Part shown: piece by piece, positions 16,239-23,538 of the stretch | Layout of the letters: each line of letters starts with the position of its first letter | Position numbering within the stretch: the first letter of the stretch is position 1 | Assembly (NCBI GenBank): GCA_945903685.1 | Contig: CAMDOQ010000007.1 | Span: 7,263-31,262 of the forward strand | DNA from: Rhizobium sp. Q54 | GTDB taxonomy: Bacteria > Pseudomonadota > Alphaproteobacteria > SHVV01 | DNA length: 24,000 nt | Direction: 5' to 3' | Made by a program: the position numbers and the translations under genes | The notes under the pieces: generated by a model | Seen by the model: the letters and a program-made list of their open reading frames with translations, nothing else | Told to the model about the DNA's origin: nothing | Databases searched by the model: none

Positions 16239-17573
16239 TTACGGAGCGAGCGAGATGATGTCGACGCGATCCTGAACGCCATCGGGCGGCGCGCCGAGGG
16301 CGCGGACGTCGATGCGCGTGCCTTTGATGCCTTGCTCGATCAGATAGGAGCGCACTTCGAGCGCACGCAGGAGCGAAAGCCGGCGCGCGCCCGAGGGCGA
16401 TTCGGCGCTGCCGCCGCTAGCGTAGCCCTGCACTTGGAGGCGAGTTTCGTTGCTCTCGATCCGTTTCGCCAGCGCGCGAAGCTGCTCGGCATCGGCGCCC
16501 GAAAATTTGGCGGCCCCAACCGGGAACGCCATCCGCGCCACCACCGGCCCATCCGGCGAGCGCATCGCGGGCGGGAGTGCGGCGGTCTGGGCTGGGCGCG
16601 CCGGCGGTTCCGGTGCCGCGGCGGGTGGGGCGGTTGTCGCCGCCGGGGGCGGAGTGAGCGTCGTCGGCGGAGCGGAGGTCACGACCGGCGGTGGTTGAAT
16701 CGTCGGTGCTCGCGGTGCGAGCGCCTGCGCGGGTGGGGTTTGTGTCGCCGGTGCGGTGCGAGGCGGTTGCGCTACGGTGGGCGGCGCCTGAAGTGCCGCA
16801 GTCGGCGGCGGCTGCAGGGCCGTGCTCGGCGGGGTTTGCGGCGCCGCGCTCGGCGCGGGTTGGGGCCGGGGCGCGGCCGGTGCTGTGGTCGGCGGTAGAG
16901 CGGGCGCGGTCGTGGATGTCGGTGCGGACGCAGGCGTGCGAGCGGGCGGGGTCCGTTCGGTCGCGGCCGGCGGGCGCGGTGCCGGCGGTGGTTGCAACGC
17001 CGCTGTCTCCTTGGCCGGCTCCTTCGGAGCCTCGCGGCGGGTGACCGGCTCCGGCCGTGCCGGCGGCAATCGGGGCGGTGTCACTTCGGGCTCGGGCTTG
17101 CGGGCGACTTGGGTCGGTGCCGGCGGCGGTTGACGGGGCGTCGAGACCTGAATAGCCGCACCGGTTCCGACTTCGGCGGGCAATAGCGTGGCGGGGACCC
17201 GGGGCCCGGTCGTGCCCGGTGGTGTCGCCGCCGTCGGAGCTGCAGACTTGGGCGCGCTCGGGGCGTCGCGGTCCTTGACCGTGCGCCGTCCACGCGGTTC
17301 GGGCGGAATATTGAGGGCGGTGATGTCGACGTCGGGGGCGCGCCGCTGCCCGACCCGGGTCGCGGTTCCCGGCATTAACAGCCGGCTTATGCCGCGCGCC
17401 GCCGGCGCTTCGGTGCCGGGCATGTTGACTTCGATCGGCGGTCGGCCGCTGCCGCCGATTACGATCGTTTCCTGCGCGCTGGCTGGGTCCAACGCGCAAA
17501 GCAACGCGGCAGCGGCGGCTCCGGCGAGCAACACGCGCTTAAAATGCGGAGCAGTCAGGGCGAATCGCCTCAT
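16239..17573 (-). CDS. Secreted or membrane-anchored Pro/Ala/Thr-rich protein with a divergent C-terminal OmpA-like domain
   Basis: N-terminus MRRFALTAPHFKRVLLAGAAAAALLCALDPASA|QE is signal-peptide-like. A low-complexity P/A/T-rich region of about 235 aa follows. The C-terminus FPVGAAKFSGADAEQLRALAKRI.....RLQVQGYASGG...PSGARRLSLLRALEVRSYLIEQGI...RIDVRALG follows the OmpA_C pattern with non-canonical residues (GYAS instead of GHTD). I prefer the ATG at 17573 over the track's TTG at 17582. Confidence 0.7.
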   Translation of the reverse strand: MRRFALTAPHFKRVLLAGAAAAALLCALDPASAQETIVIGGSGRPPIEVNMPGTEAPAARGISRLLMPGTATRVGQRRAPDVDITALNIPPEPRGRRTVKDRDAPSAPKSAAPTAATPPGTTGPRVPATLLPAEVGTGAAIQVSTPRQPPPAPTQVARKPEPEVTPPRLPPARPEPVTRREAPKEPAKETAALQPPPAPRPPAATERTPPARTPASAPTSTTAPALPPTTAPAAPRPQPAPSAAPQTPPSTALQPPPTAALQAPPTVAQPPRTAPATQTPPAQALAPRAPTIQPPPVVTSAPPTTLTPPPAATTAPPAAAPEPPARPAQTAALPPAMRSPDGPVVARMAFPVGAAKFSGADAEQLRALAKRIESNETRLQVQGYASGGSAESPSGARRLSLLRALEVRSYLIEQGIKGTRIDVRALGAPPDGVQDRVDIISLAP

Positions 17574-17582
17574 CGCGGGCAA

Positions 17583-17611
17583 CGATAGCCTAGGCGCGTT
17601 TTAATGGACAA
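17583..17611 (-). promoter_or_regulatory. Candidate promoter for the OmpA-like/MotA-like/MotB-like operon (-35 TTGTCC, 17-bp spacer, -10 CTATCG)
   Basis: Hexamers read on the minus strand in a locally AT-richer 101-nt gap after suhB. The hexamer pair resembles the cyaY candidate. It would give a very short or absent leader before the ATG at 17573, which fits the lack of an SD there. By eye only. Confidence 0.2.
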
Positions 17612-17674
17612 CCGAATAAGGACCAATCGTTAACGCGAAGGATCGCGCGCAATCGTGACGGAATGATGGCGCCG

Positions 17675-18475
17675 TCAGGCGCGGGCGTCGGCCAACAGGC
17701 GAAGAAGCGGGCGATGCAGCGGATCGTTGGCGGCGACCACGTCGCCGCTCGCGAGCGGATTGCGGCTGCCGCCGAAGTCGGTGACGAAGCCGCCCGCTTC
17801 GCGCACCAAGACGAGCCCGGCGGCGATGTCCCACGGTTTGAGGCCGCGTTCCCAGAACGCGTCATAGCGGCCGGCGGCGACGTAGGCGAGGTCGAGCGCT
17901 GCCGCGCCGAAGCGGCGGACGCCGGCACACGCCGCCATCACCGCCGGGATCTCCTTCAAGAACGGTTCATGATGATCGCGGCCGTGGTGCGGAATGCCGG
18001 TCGCGATCACGGCGTCGGCGAGCTTGTCGCGCGCCGAGACCCGCAAGCGCCGGTCGTTCAGGTAAGCCCCGGAACCGCGCTCGGCCCAGAACATCTCGTC
18101 CCGGATCGGGTCGTAGATGACGCCGGCCACCAGGTCCTCGCCCTCGGCGAGCGCGACCGAAATCGCGAAGTGCGGAATGCCGTGCAGAAAATTCGTGGTG
18201 CCGTCGAGCGGATCGATCAGCCAGCGCCGCCCGCTCGCATCGGTGCCGGTCTTGGCTCCGCGTTCTTCGGCGAGCACGCCGTAGGTCGGCCGCGCCCGCG
18301 CCAGCTCCTCGGTCAGGATACGTTCGGCGCGGAGATCGGCGGCGGTGACAAAATCGGACGGGCCCTTTTTCGACACCTGCAGCTGCTCGACCTCGCCGAA
18401 GTCGCGCACCAGTACGCGCGCCGCCTTTTTGGCGGCGGCGAACATGACGTTGATCGTGGCCGACTTCAATGCCAT
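17675..18475 (-). CDS. suhB: Inositol monophosphatase family protein (SuhB-like)
   Basis: 266 aa. Metal-binding motifs LAEERG, WLIDPLDGTTNFLHGIPHFAISVAL and WDIAAGLVLVREAGG. The N-terminus INVMFAAAKKAARVLVRDFGEVE is typical of SuhB. Confidence 0.92.
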   Translation of the reverse strand: MALKSATINVMFAAAKKAARVLVRDFGEVEQLQVSKKGPSDFVTAADLRAERILTEELARARPTYGVLAEERGAKTGTDASGRRWLIDPLDGTTNFLHGIPHFAISVALAEGEDLVAGVIYDPIRDEMFWAERGSGAYLNDRRLRVSARDKLADAVIATGIPHHGRDHHEPFLKEIPAVMAACAGVRRFGAAALDLAYVAAGRYDAFWERGLKPWDIAAGLVLVREAGGFVTDFGGSRNPLASGDVVAANDPLHRPLLRLLADARA

Positions 18476-18515
18476 CCGCGCGCTCTAGGGTTCGGCGCCG
18501 GCGTCGCAGGGCTCG

Positions 18516-18537
18516 GGTCGCGCCGATCGGCGCGACC
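18516..18537 (-). terminator. Perfect 9-bp GC hairpin between efp and suhB (no U-tract)
   Basis: GGTCGCGCC-GATC-GGCGCGACC, 13 nt downstream of the efp stop. With no T-run on either strand, it may be an attenuator or RNA-stability element rather than a full terminator. Confidence 0.35.
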
Positions 18538-18549
18538 GGCGGCTCCGCG

Positions 18550-19113
18550 TCAATCGGTGCGTTTGATGTAGTGGCCGTCTTCGGTCGAGACCACGATCCG
18601 TTCGCCGGTCCCGACGAACGGCGGCACCTGCGTCCTTACACCGTTCGACAGCAGCGCCGGCTTGTAGGACGAAGATGCGGTCTGACCTTTGACGACTGAC
18701 TCAGTTTCCGTGACTTCGAGCACGACCTGCTCCGGAATCTGGACCGAGAGCGGGCGGTCCTCGAAGGTCTCGATCACGACCTCCATGCCGTCCTGGAGAT
18801 AGGCGGCGGCGCTGCCCAGGATCGCGCGTTCGACCTGAATCTGCTCGTACGACTCTTTGTCCATGAACGTGAACAGGTCGCCCTCGGCGAACAGATACTG
18901 GTAGTCGCGCTGCTCGAGCGAGACGCGCTCGACTTCTTCGCCGGCACGGAACCGCTCGTTCAGCTTGGAGCCGGTCTTCACGTTCCGCAGCTCGGCCTGG
19001 TAGAACGCGCCGCCCTTGCCGGGCGTCATGTGCTGGCCGGTCGCTACCCGCCACAACGCACCCTGGTGTTCGAGCACGTAGCCGGGCCGGATTTGGTTGC
19101 CTTTGATTCGCAT
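18550..19113 (-). CDS. efp: Translation elongation factor P
   Basis: 187 aa from the ATG at 19113 (MRIKGNQIRPGYVLEH...). Conserved loop TPGKGGAF, and a C-terminal KPALLSNG..TQVPPFV..GE.I.V.T..G.Y..R. The track ORF to 19176 is an N-terminal over-extension. Confidence 0.93.
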   Translation of the reverse strand: MRIKGNQIRPGYVLEHQGALWRVATGQHMTPGKGGAFYQAELRNVKTGSKLNERFRAGEEVERVSLEQRDYQYLFAEGDLFTFMDKESYEQIQVERAILGSAAAYLQDGMEVVIETFEDRPLSVQIPEQVVLEVTETESVVKGQTASSSYKPALLSNGVRTQVPPFVGTGERIVVSTEDGHYIKRTD

Positions 19114-19235
19114 CGCCGCGTGGTGTGGTTGAGAATGCGGCGTTCGCCGCGTCAAAAAGCGCGCGGAAGCTATCACCCTGCTTAGGCCAAATCAATTCAT
19201 CCGGACGGCGGCGTCGGCGCGCGTCTGTCGGTGCG

Positions 19236-19634
19236 TCAGCGTGCAGCCGTGCGACGCGTCGGGACCAGGAGCGACAGGGGCTCGGCCTTGCCGCGAAACG
19301 CGACCGGCCCGAGCGCCTCGAACGCGAACGCGGCTTTCGCCGTCTCCGGGAGATGATCGACCAGGGCCTGCGAAATCAGCGCCGGCCGCTCGGATTTGCG
19401 GCAGGTCTCTTCGATGCGGGCGACGGTGTTGATCGTGTCGCCGAGGTAGACGATCGCCTGCTTGTCGCTTCCCATCTCGCCAACCACCACCGTGCCGATG
19501 TGGAGCGCGCCGCGGAACGACGGGCGGACGCGATAGTGTGCGTCATAGCCGTCGGCGCGCCGCGCGAGTTCGTCGACAATGTCGAAGTAGCAGCGCAGGC
19601 AAAGCCCTTCGCGCAGGCCGTCGTCCGGGCGCCA
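19236..19634 (-). pseudogene. 5'-truncated class III adenylate/guanylate cyclase catalytic-domain remnant (C-terminal ~132 codons only)
   Basis: The C-terminal part of the 419-aa track ORF reads ...FRGALHIGTVVVGEMGSDKQAIVYLGDTINTVARIEETCRKSERPALISQALVDHL, the distal half of a class III cyclase domain (R.G.H.G.VV.G..G......Y.GDT.N.A.R.E). The proximal half with the two metal-binding Asp motifs is absent. Upstream, the frame runs antisense through the RidA gene with junk composition. The only in-frame starts near the homology boundary are TTG codons. Confidence 0.55.
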
Positions 19635-19781
19635 CGGGGGCAACCTTAACGCCGTCCGTTGGCGCGGCAAGCGCGAACGGCCGCGCGAAACGCTTGACCT
19701 TGGCCGCGGTCTCCGCGAGCCTGCGAGCGGAGCCGCCCCGTTCGTGGGCGCGAAAACCAAAAAAACGGGAGGAGATCGACC

Positions 19782-20141
19782 ATGGCCATCGAACGCTTCG
19801 AACCGCGGCTTGGCGCAGGGCCGCACATGAACGGCATCGTCGTCCACAACGACACCATCTATCTGGCCGGGCAGGTCGCGCGCGGGGTCGAGCCCGACAT
19901 CAAGAAACAGACCGTGGCGATCCTCGCCAACATCGACCGCCAGCTCGCGGTGGTCGGCTCGAACAAGTCGAAGCTGCTGTCGACCAACATCTGGATCACC
20001 GACTTCGCCAATTTTGCGTCGATGAACGAGGTGTGGAACGCCTGGATCGATCCCAACAACATGCCGGTCCGCGCCTGCGTGCAATCGCAGTTGGCGGCGC
20101 CCGAGTACCTGATCGAGATCATGATCACGGCGGCGCGCTAG
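19782..20141 (+). CDS. RidA/YjgF/Endoribonuclease L-PSP family protein
   Basis: 119 aa. IYLAGQVA......I..QT..IL.NID..L...GS.KS.LL...IW..D...F..MN.VW..W.......P.RACVQ..LA.P..LIEI...A is the RidA-family pattern. Excellent SD GGGAGGAG 7 nt upstream of the ATG. Visibly lower GC than its neighbours. Confidence 0.82.
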   Translation: MAIERFEPRLGAGPHMNGIVVHNDTIYLAGQVARGVEPDIKKQTVAILANIDRQLAVVGSNKSKLLSTNIWITDFANFASMNEVWNAWIDPNNMPVRACVQSQLAAPEYLIEIMITAAR

Positions 20142-20151
20142 CGACCGCCCG

Positions 20152-20193
20152 CACCCCCACCCTGACCCGCCCCCCCCCTCAAGGGGGCGGGGG
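20152..20193 (+). repeat. C-rich box + GC hairpin element (copy C) between the convergent RidA-family gene and thiE
   Basis: CACCCCCACCCTGACCC is followed by CCCGCCCCC...GGGGGCGGG. Near-identical in layout and sequence to copy A at 6575-6614. Confidence 0.6.
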
Positions 20194-20202
20194 CGCGTCG
20201 AT

Positions 20203-20910
20203 CTACGAACGCTGCGGCTGCGAGTCGCGGGCGGCGGCGATCGCGCGGTTGAAGGCCGCGACCGCCGCGCCCGGTCCGCCGGGGTCGGTCCACACCGCCG
20301 CCGATGCCGCGACGAAGTCGGCGCCGGCCGCGACCAGCGGAGCGCAGTTGGCCGGGGTGATGCCGCCGATCGCGACGCACGGCACTTCGACGATCGCGCT
20401 CCACCACGCGAGCAGCGCCGGTTCCGCCGTGGTCTTGGGGTCCTTGGTCGCGGTCGGGAAGAACGCGCCGAACGCGACGTAATCGGCGCCGGCATCGGCC
20501 GCGATCATCGCCAGATGGCGCGAGTCGTGACAAGTGACGCCGACGATCGCGCCGGTGCCGACTGTGGCCCGCGCGGCCGCGTAGGGCGCGTCGTCCTGAC
20601 CGATGTGAACGCCATCGGCACCCGCCGCGGCCGCAAGGTCGGGGCGATCGTTGACGAGAAACGCGACGTCGTGCTCGCGGCAGATCGGCGTGAGCGCGGC
20701 GGCCGCCGCCAACACCTCGGCATCGCTTGCGCCCTTGAGCCGGAGTTGCAGGCAGGCGACGTCGCCGCCGGCCAAGGCGGCCCGCAGCCGGTCGGCGAAC
20801 GGGGCGAGATCGAAGGCGGGCGGGGTGATCAGGTAGAGCCGACACCCCGGCGCATCGCGTGCATCCGCGGGCCGCGGCGTGTTGGCATGCGGCCGGGGCG
20901 TATGCGTCAC
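20203..20910 (-). CDS. thiE: Thiamine-phosphate synthase
   Basis: RLYLITPP......F...[15 protein letters not shown]......VL.AA.AL..ICREHDV.FLVNDR.DLA...[11 protein letters not shown].......R...G...IVGV.CH.S.H.A..A...[13 protein letters not shown] is ThiE-like. The GTG at 20910 is the only canonical in-frame start upstream of the conserved core. It overlaps the fba stop (GTGA). The track ORF to 21195 runs out-of-frame through fba. Confidence 0.82.
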   Translation of the reverse strand: MTHTPRPHANTPRPADARDAPGCRLYLITPPAFDLAPFADRLRAALAGGDVACLQLRLKGASDAEVLAAAAALTPICREHDVAFLVNDRPDLAAAAGADGVHIGQDDAPYAAARATVGTGAIVGVTCHDSRHLAMIAADAGADYVAFGAFFPTATKDPKTTAEPALLAWWSAIVEVPCVAIGGITPANCAPLVAAGADFVAASAAVWTDPGGPGAAVAAFNRAIAAARDSQPQRS

Positions 20911-21941
20911 GCGGCGACGCGCTCTTTTTCCATCTCCGGGCGATAGCTGCCCGAGCGGGCGGCGCCGTTCAAACGGGCGCGTAGCGCGTAGACCGCCTGG
21001 GCGGCGGCGACGTTGGCGGCGCTGCCGCTCCACGCCTTGAGCGCCGAGGCCTGGAGCGCTCGGCCGTACGAGAACGAGAGCTGCCACGGCGCGTCCTTGT
21101 GGCGCGCGTTCATGGCGTTCAGGTGCGCGGTCGAGAGCGCTTCGTTCTGTCCGCCCGACAGGAACACGATCCCCGGCACCGCCGTCGGCACGCACCGGCG
21201 CAGCACCTGGACGGTCGCGTCCGCGACCTCATCGACGCCGGCCTGCTTGGCGCACTTGGCCCCGGCGATCACCATGTTGGGCTTGAGCAGCATGCCTTCG
21301 AGCTGGACCCGCTGGCGCGCCAGCGCGTCGAACACGAACCGGAGCGTGCGCTCGGTCACGATCCGCGCGCGTTCGAGGTCGTGGCCGCCGTCCATCAGCA
21401 CTTCGGGCTCGACGATCGGCACCATCCCGGCCTCTTGGGTGAGCGCGGCGTAACGGGCGAGGGCGTGGGCGTTGACGTCCAAGGCGTAGTCGGACGGCAG
21501 CTCGGCAGCGTCGATCTCGATCACCGCGCGCCATTTGGTGAATCGGGCACCCAACGAAACGTACTCGGCCAGCCGTTCGCGCAAACCGTCCAGCCCCTCG
21601 GTGATTTTCTCCTTGGCGCTGAAAGCGAGCGCCTTCGCGCCCTTGTCGACCTTGATGCCGGGGACGACGTCCTGGCCGGCCAGGAGTTTGGCGAACGGGA
21701 CCCCGGCGGCGGTCGCCTGGCGCAGCGTCTCGTCGTAGAGGATGACGCCGCTGATGTGCGGCGCGGCCTTGGCGGCGGTGAACAAGAGCTCGCGGTAGGC
21801 GCGGCGGTTTTCGGGCGTGTTGGGAACGTTCACGCTCGATAAGCGCTTCTCGATCGTGCTCGTGCTTTCGTCCGCGGCGAGAATGCCGCGGCCCGGCGCC
21901 ACCAGTTTCTTCGCCACTTGCGCGATATCGGTTGCCGACAT
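20907..21941 (-). CDS. fba: Fructose-bisphosphate aldolase, class I (eukaryote-type 'Glycolytic' family)
   Basis: 344 aa from the ATG at 21941 (GGAGGGAGGA SD). [18 protein letters not shown]......[22 protein letters not shown], the LLKPNMV Schiff-base lysine region and [11 protein letters not shown] are all present. The track ORF to 22055 is an over-extension. Confidence 0.93.
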   Translation of the reverse strand: MSATDIAQVAKKLVAPGRGILAADESTSTIEKRLSSVNVPNTPENRRAYRELLFTAAKAAPHISGVILYDETLRQATAAGVPFAKLLAGQDVVPGIKVDKGAKALAFSAKEKITEGLDGLRERLAEYVSLGARFTKWRAVIEIDAAELPSDYALDVNAHALARYAALTQEAGMVPIVEPEVLMDGGHDLERARIVTERTLRFVFDALARQRVQLEGMLLKPNMVIAGAKCAKQAGVDEVADATVQVLRRCVPTAVPGIVFLSGGQNEALSTAHLNAMNARHKDAPWQLSFSYGRALQASALKAWSGSAANVAAAQAVYALRARLNGAARSGSYRPEMEKERVAA

Positions 21942-21984
21942 CCAGTTCCTCCCTCCGAAATCCGTCCCGCTAAGGAAAGCGCGC

Positions 21985-22437
21985 TCACCGTCGCCGCGCA
22001 AGCGCCGGCGTGCGACGGCCCGCAACCAGCCCCGGTTCGCGTCGCCTGCGGGCAAAGCGCGCGCGACACGCGGCGACCGGGTCGATTACATCGCTCAGGT
22101 CGAGTGCCGCCGGCTGCGACGCGACGAGCGCGGCGCCGTATGCCGCGGCGGCCGCCTTGACGGTGCGCCAATAAGGGCTCGCGCGTTCGAAGCGGAGCGT
22201 CCGCCACCCGCACCGGAGCGCCGCATAGGCGAGCGCCGCCTCACCGCCGCAGTCGATGACAGCGCCGGCGAGGGCGGACGCGTGCCGGCCGCGCGCCACC
22301 GCCGCGATCATCGCAAAAAGAAACAACGGGCCGGCGGTACCGATCGCATCCGGCGCGGTCCTGAGCATGACCGTGACCCGGGCTGCAGCCGCGGCCCGGA
22401 GCGCGGTGCGGGCGTCGGCAACCGAGCGGACCACCAC
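21985..22437 (-). CDS. Hypothetical protein (~150 aa) between gap and fba
   Basis: Only the distal ~150 codons of the 342-aa track ORF lie outside gap. By my hand count of this frame, about 80 percent of third codon positions are G/C, as expected for real genes here. The sequence alternates hydrophobic strands and Ala-rich helices (VTVMLRTAPDAIGTAGPLFLFAMIAAVARG...AVIDCGGEAALAYAALRCGWRTLRFE). I recognise no family. The start is uncertain: GTG at 22437 or 22434, or ATG at 22368. Confidence 0.45.
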   Translation of the reverse strand: MVVRSVADARTALRAAAAARVTVMLRTAPDAIGTAGPLFLFAMIAAVARGRHASALAGAVIDCGGEAALAYAALRCGWRTLRFERASPYWRTVKAAAAAYGAALVASQPAALDLSDVIDPVAACRARFARRRREPGLVAGRRTPALARRR

Positions 22438-22472
22438 ATGGTACGGCGCGCGGGCGCGACTCCGTCGCCCGC

Positions 22473-23480
22473 TCAGCCCAGCCGCCCCATCGCCGCGGCG
22501 ACGTCGACCATGCGGTTGGCGAAGCCCCACTCGTTGTCGTACCACGCCATCACGCGGCAGAACCGGTCCTCGATCACCTGGGTCTCGCTCAAGTCGAAGG
22601 TCGCGCTGGCCGGACAATGGTTGAAGTCGATCGAGACCAGCGGCTCGGTATTGATCGCGAGGATGCCCTTGAGCTTGCCGCTCGCGGCCTTGACGATCGC
22701 GGCGTTGATTGCGTCGACGCTGGTCTTCTTCTTGGCCGTGAACGTGAAATCGATCAGCGACACGTTGGCGGTCGGCACCCGGATCGCGGTGCCGTCGAGC
22801 TTGCCGGCGAGCTCGGGCAGCACCAAGCCGACCGCGCGCGCGGCCCCGGTCGTCGTCGGAATCATCGACATCGCCGCCGAGCGGGCGCGGCGCAGATCCG
22901 GGTGCAGCGTGTCGAGAATGCGCTGATCGCCGGTGTAGGAATGGATCGTCGTCATATACCCCTGCGCGATCCCGACCGCTTCGTTCATGACGTAAGCGAC
23001 CGGCGCGAGGCAATTGGTGGTGCAGGAGGCGTTCGAGACCACGGTGTGGCTTTTCTTAAGCTTGTCGTGGTTGACGCCGTAGACGACGGTCAGATCGACC
23101 CCGGTCGCCGGCGCCGAAACCAGCACGCGTTTCGCACCCGCCGTCAGGTGCTTCACGGCGTCCTCGCGCTTGGTGAACAGACCGGTGCATTCGAGTGCGA
23201 GATCGACCCCCCATTTGCGCCACGGCAGCTTGGTCGGGTCGCGCTCGGCGGTGACGGCGATCTTTCCGCCGCCGATGTCGATCCCGTCTTTCAACGCCTT
23301 GACCGTGCCCGGGAACGAACCGTGCGCCGAGTCGTATTTGAGCAGGTGGGCGTTAGCGGCGACCTCGCCCAAGTCGTTGATCGCGACGATCTTGAGGTCC
23401 TTGCGCTTGCCCTCGTGGATCGCCCGCAGCACCAACCGCCCGATCCGCCCAAACCCGTTGATCGCTACCCGCGTTGCCAT
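22473..23480 (-). CDS. gap: Glyceraldehyde-3-phosphate dehydrogenase, type I
   Basis: 335 aa. The N-terminus VAINGFGRIGRLVLRA, the active site SNASCTTNCLAP and the C-terminal WYDNEWGF.NRM are all present. Confidence 0.96.
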   Translation of the reverse strand: MATRVAINGFGRIGRLVLRAIHEGKRKDLKIVAINDLGEVAANAHLLKYDSAHGSFPGTVKALKDGIDIGGGKIAVTAERDPTKLPWRKWGVDLALECTGLFTKREDAVKHLTAGAKRVLVSAPATGVDLTVVYGVNHDKLKKSHTVVSNASCTTNCLAPVAYVMNEAVGIAQGYMTTIHSYTGDQRILDTLHPDLRRARSAAMSMIPTTTGAARAVGLVLPELAGKLDGTAIRVPTANVSLIDFTFTAKKKTSVDAINAAIVKAASGKLKGILAINTEPLVSIDFNHCPASATFDLSETQVIEDRFCRVMAWYDNEWGFANRMVDVAAAMGRLG

Positions 23481-23538
23481 GTCTCTCTCTCGCGCTACTG
23501 AAACCGTTCGCGCTCTATACCGAAACTGGTGCCCGGTG

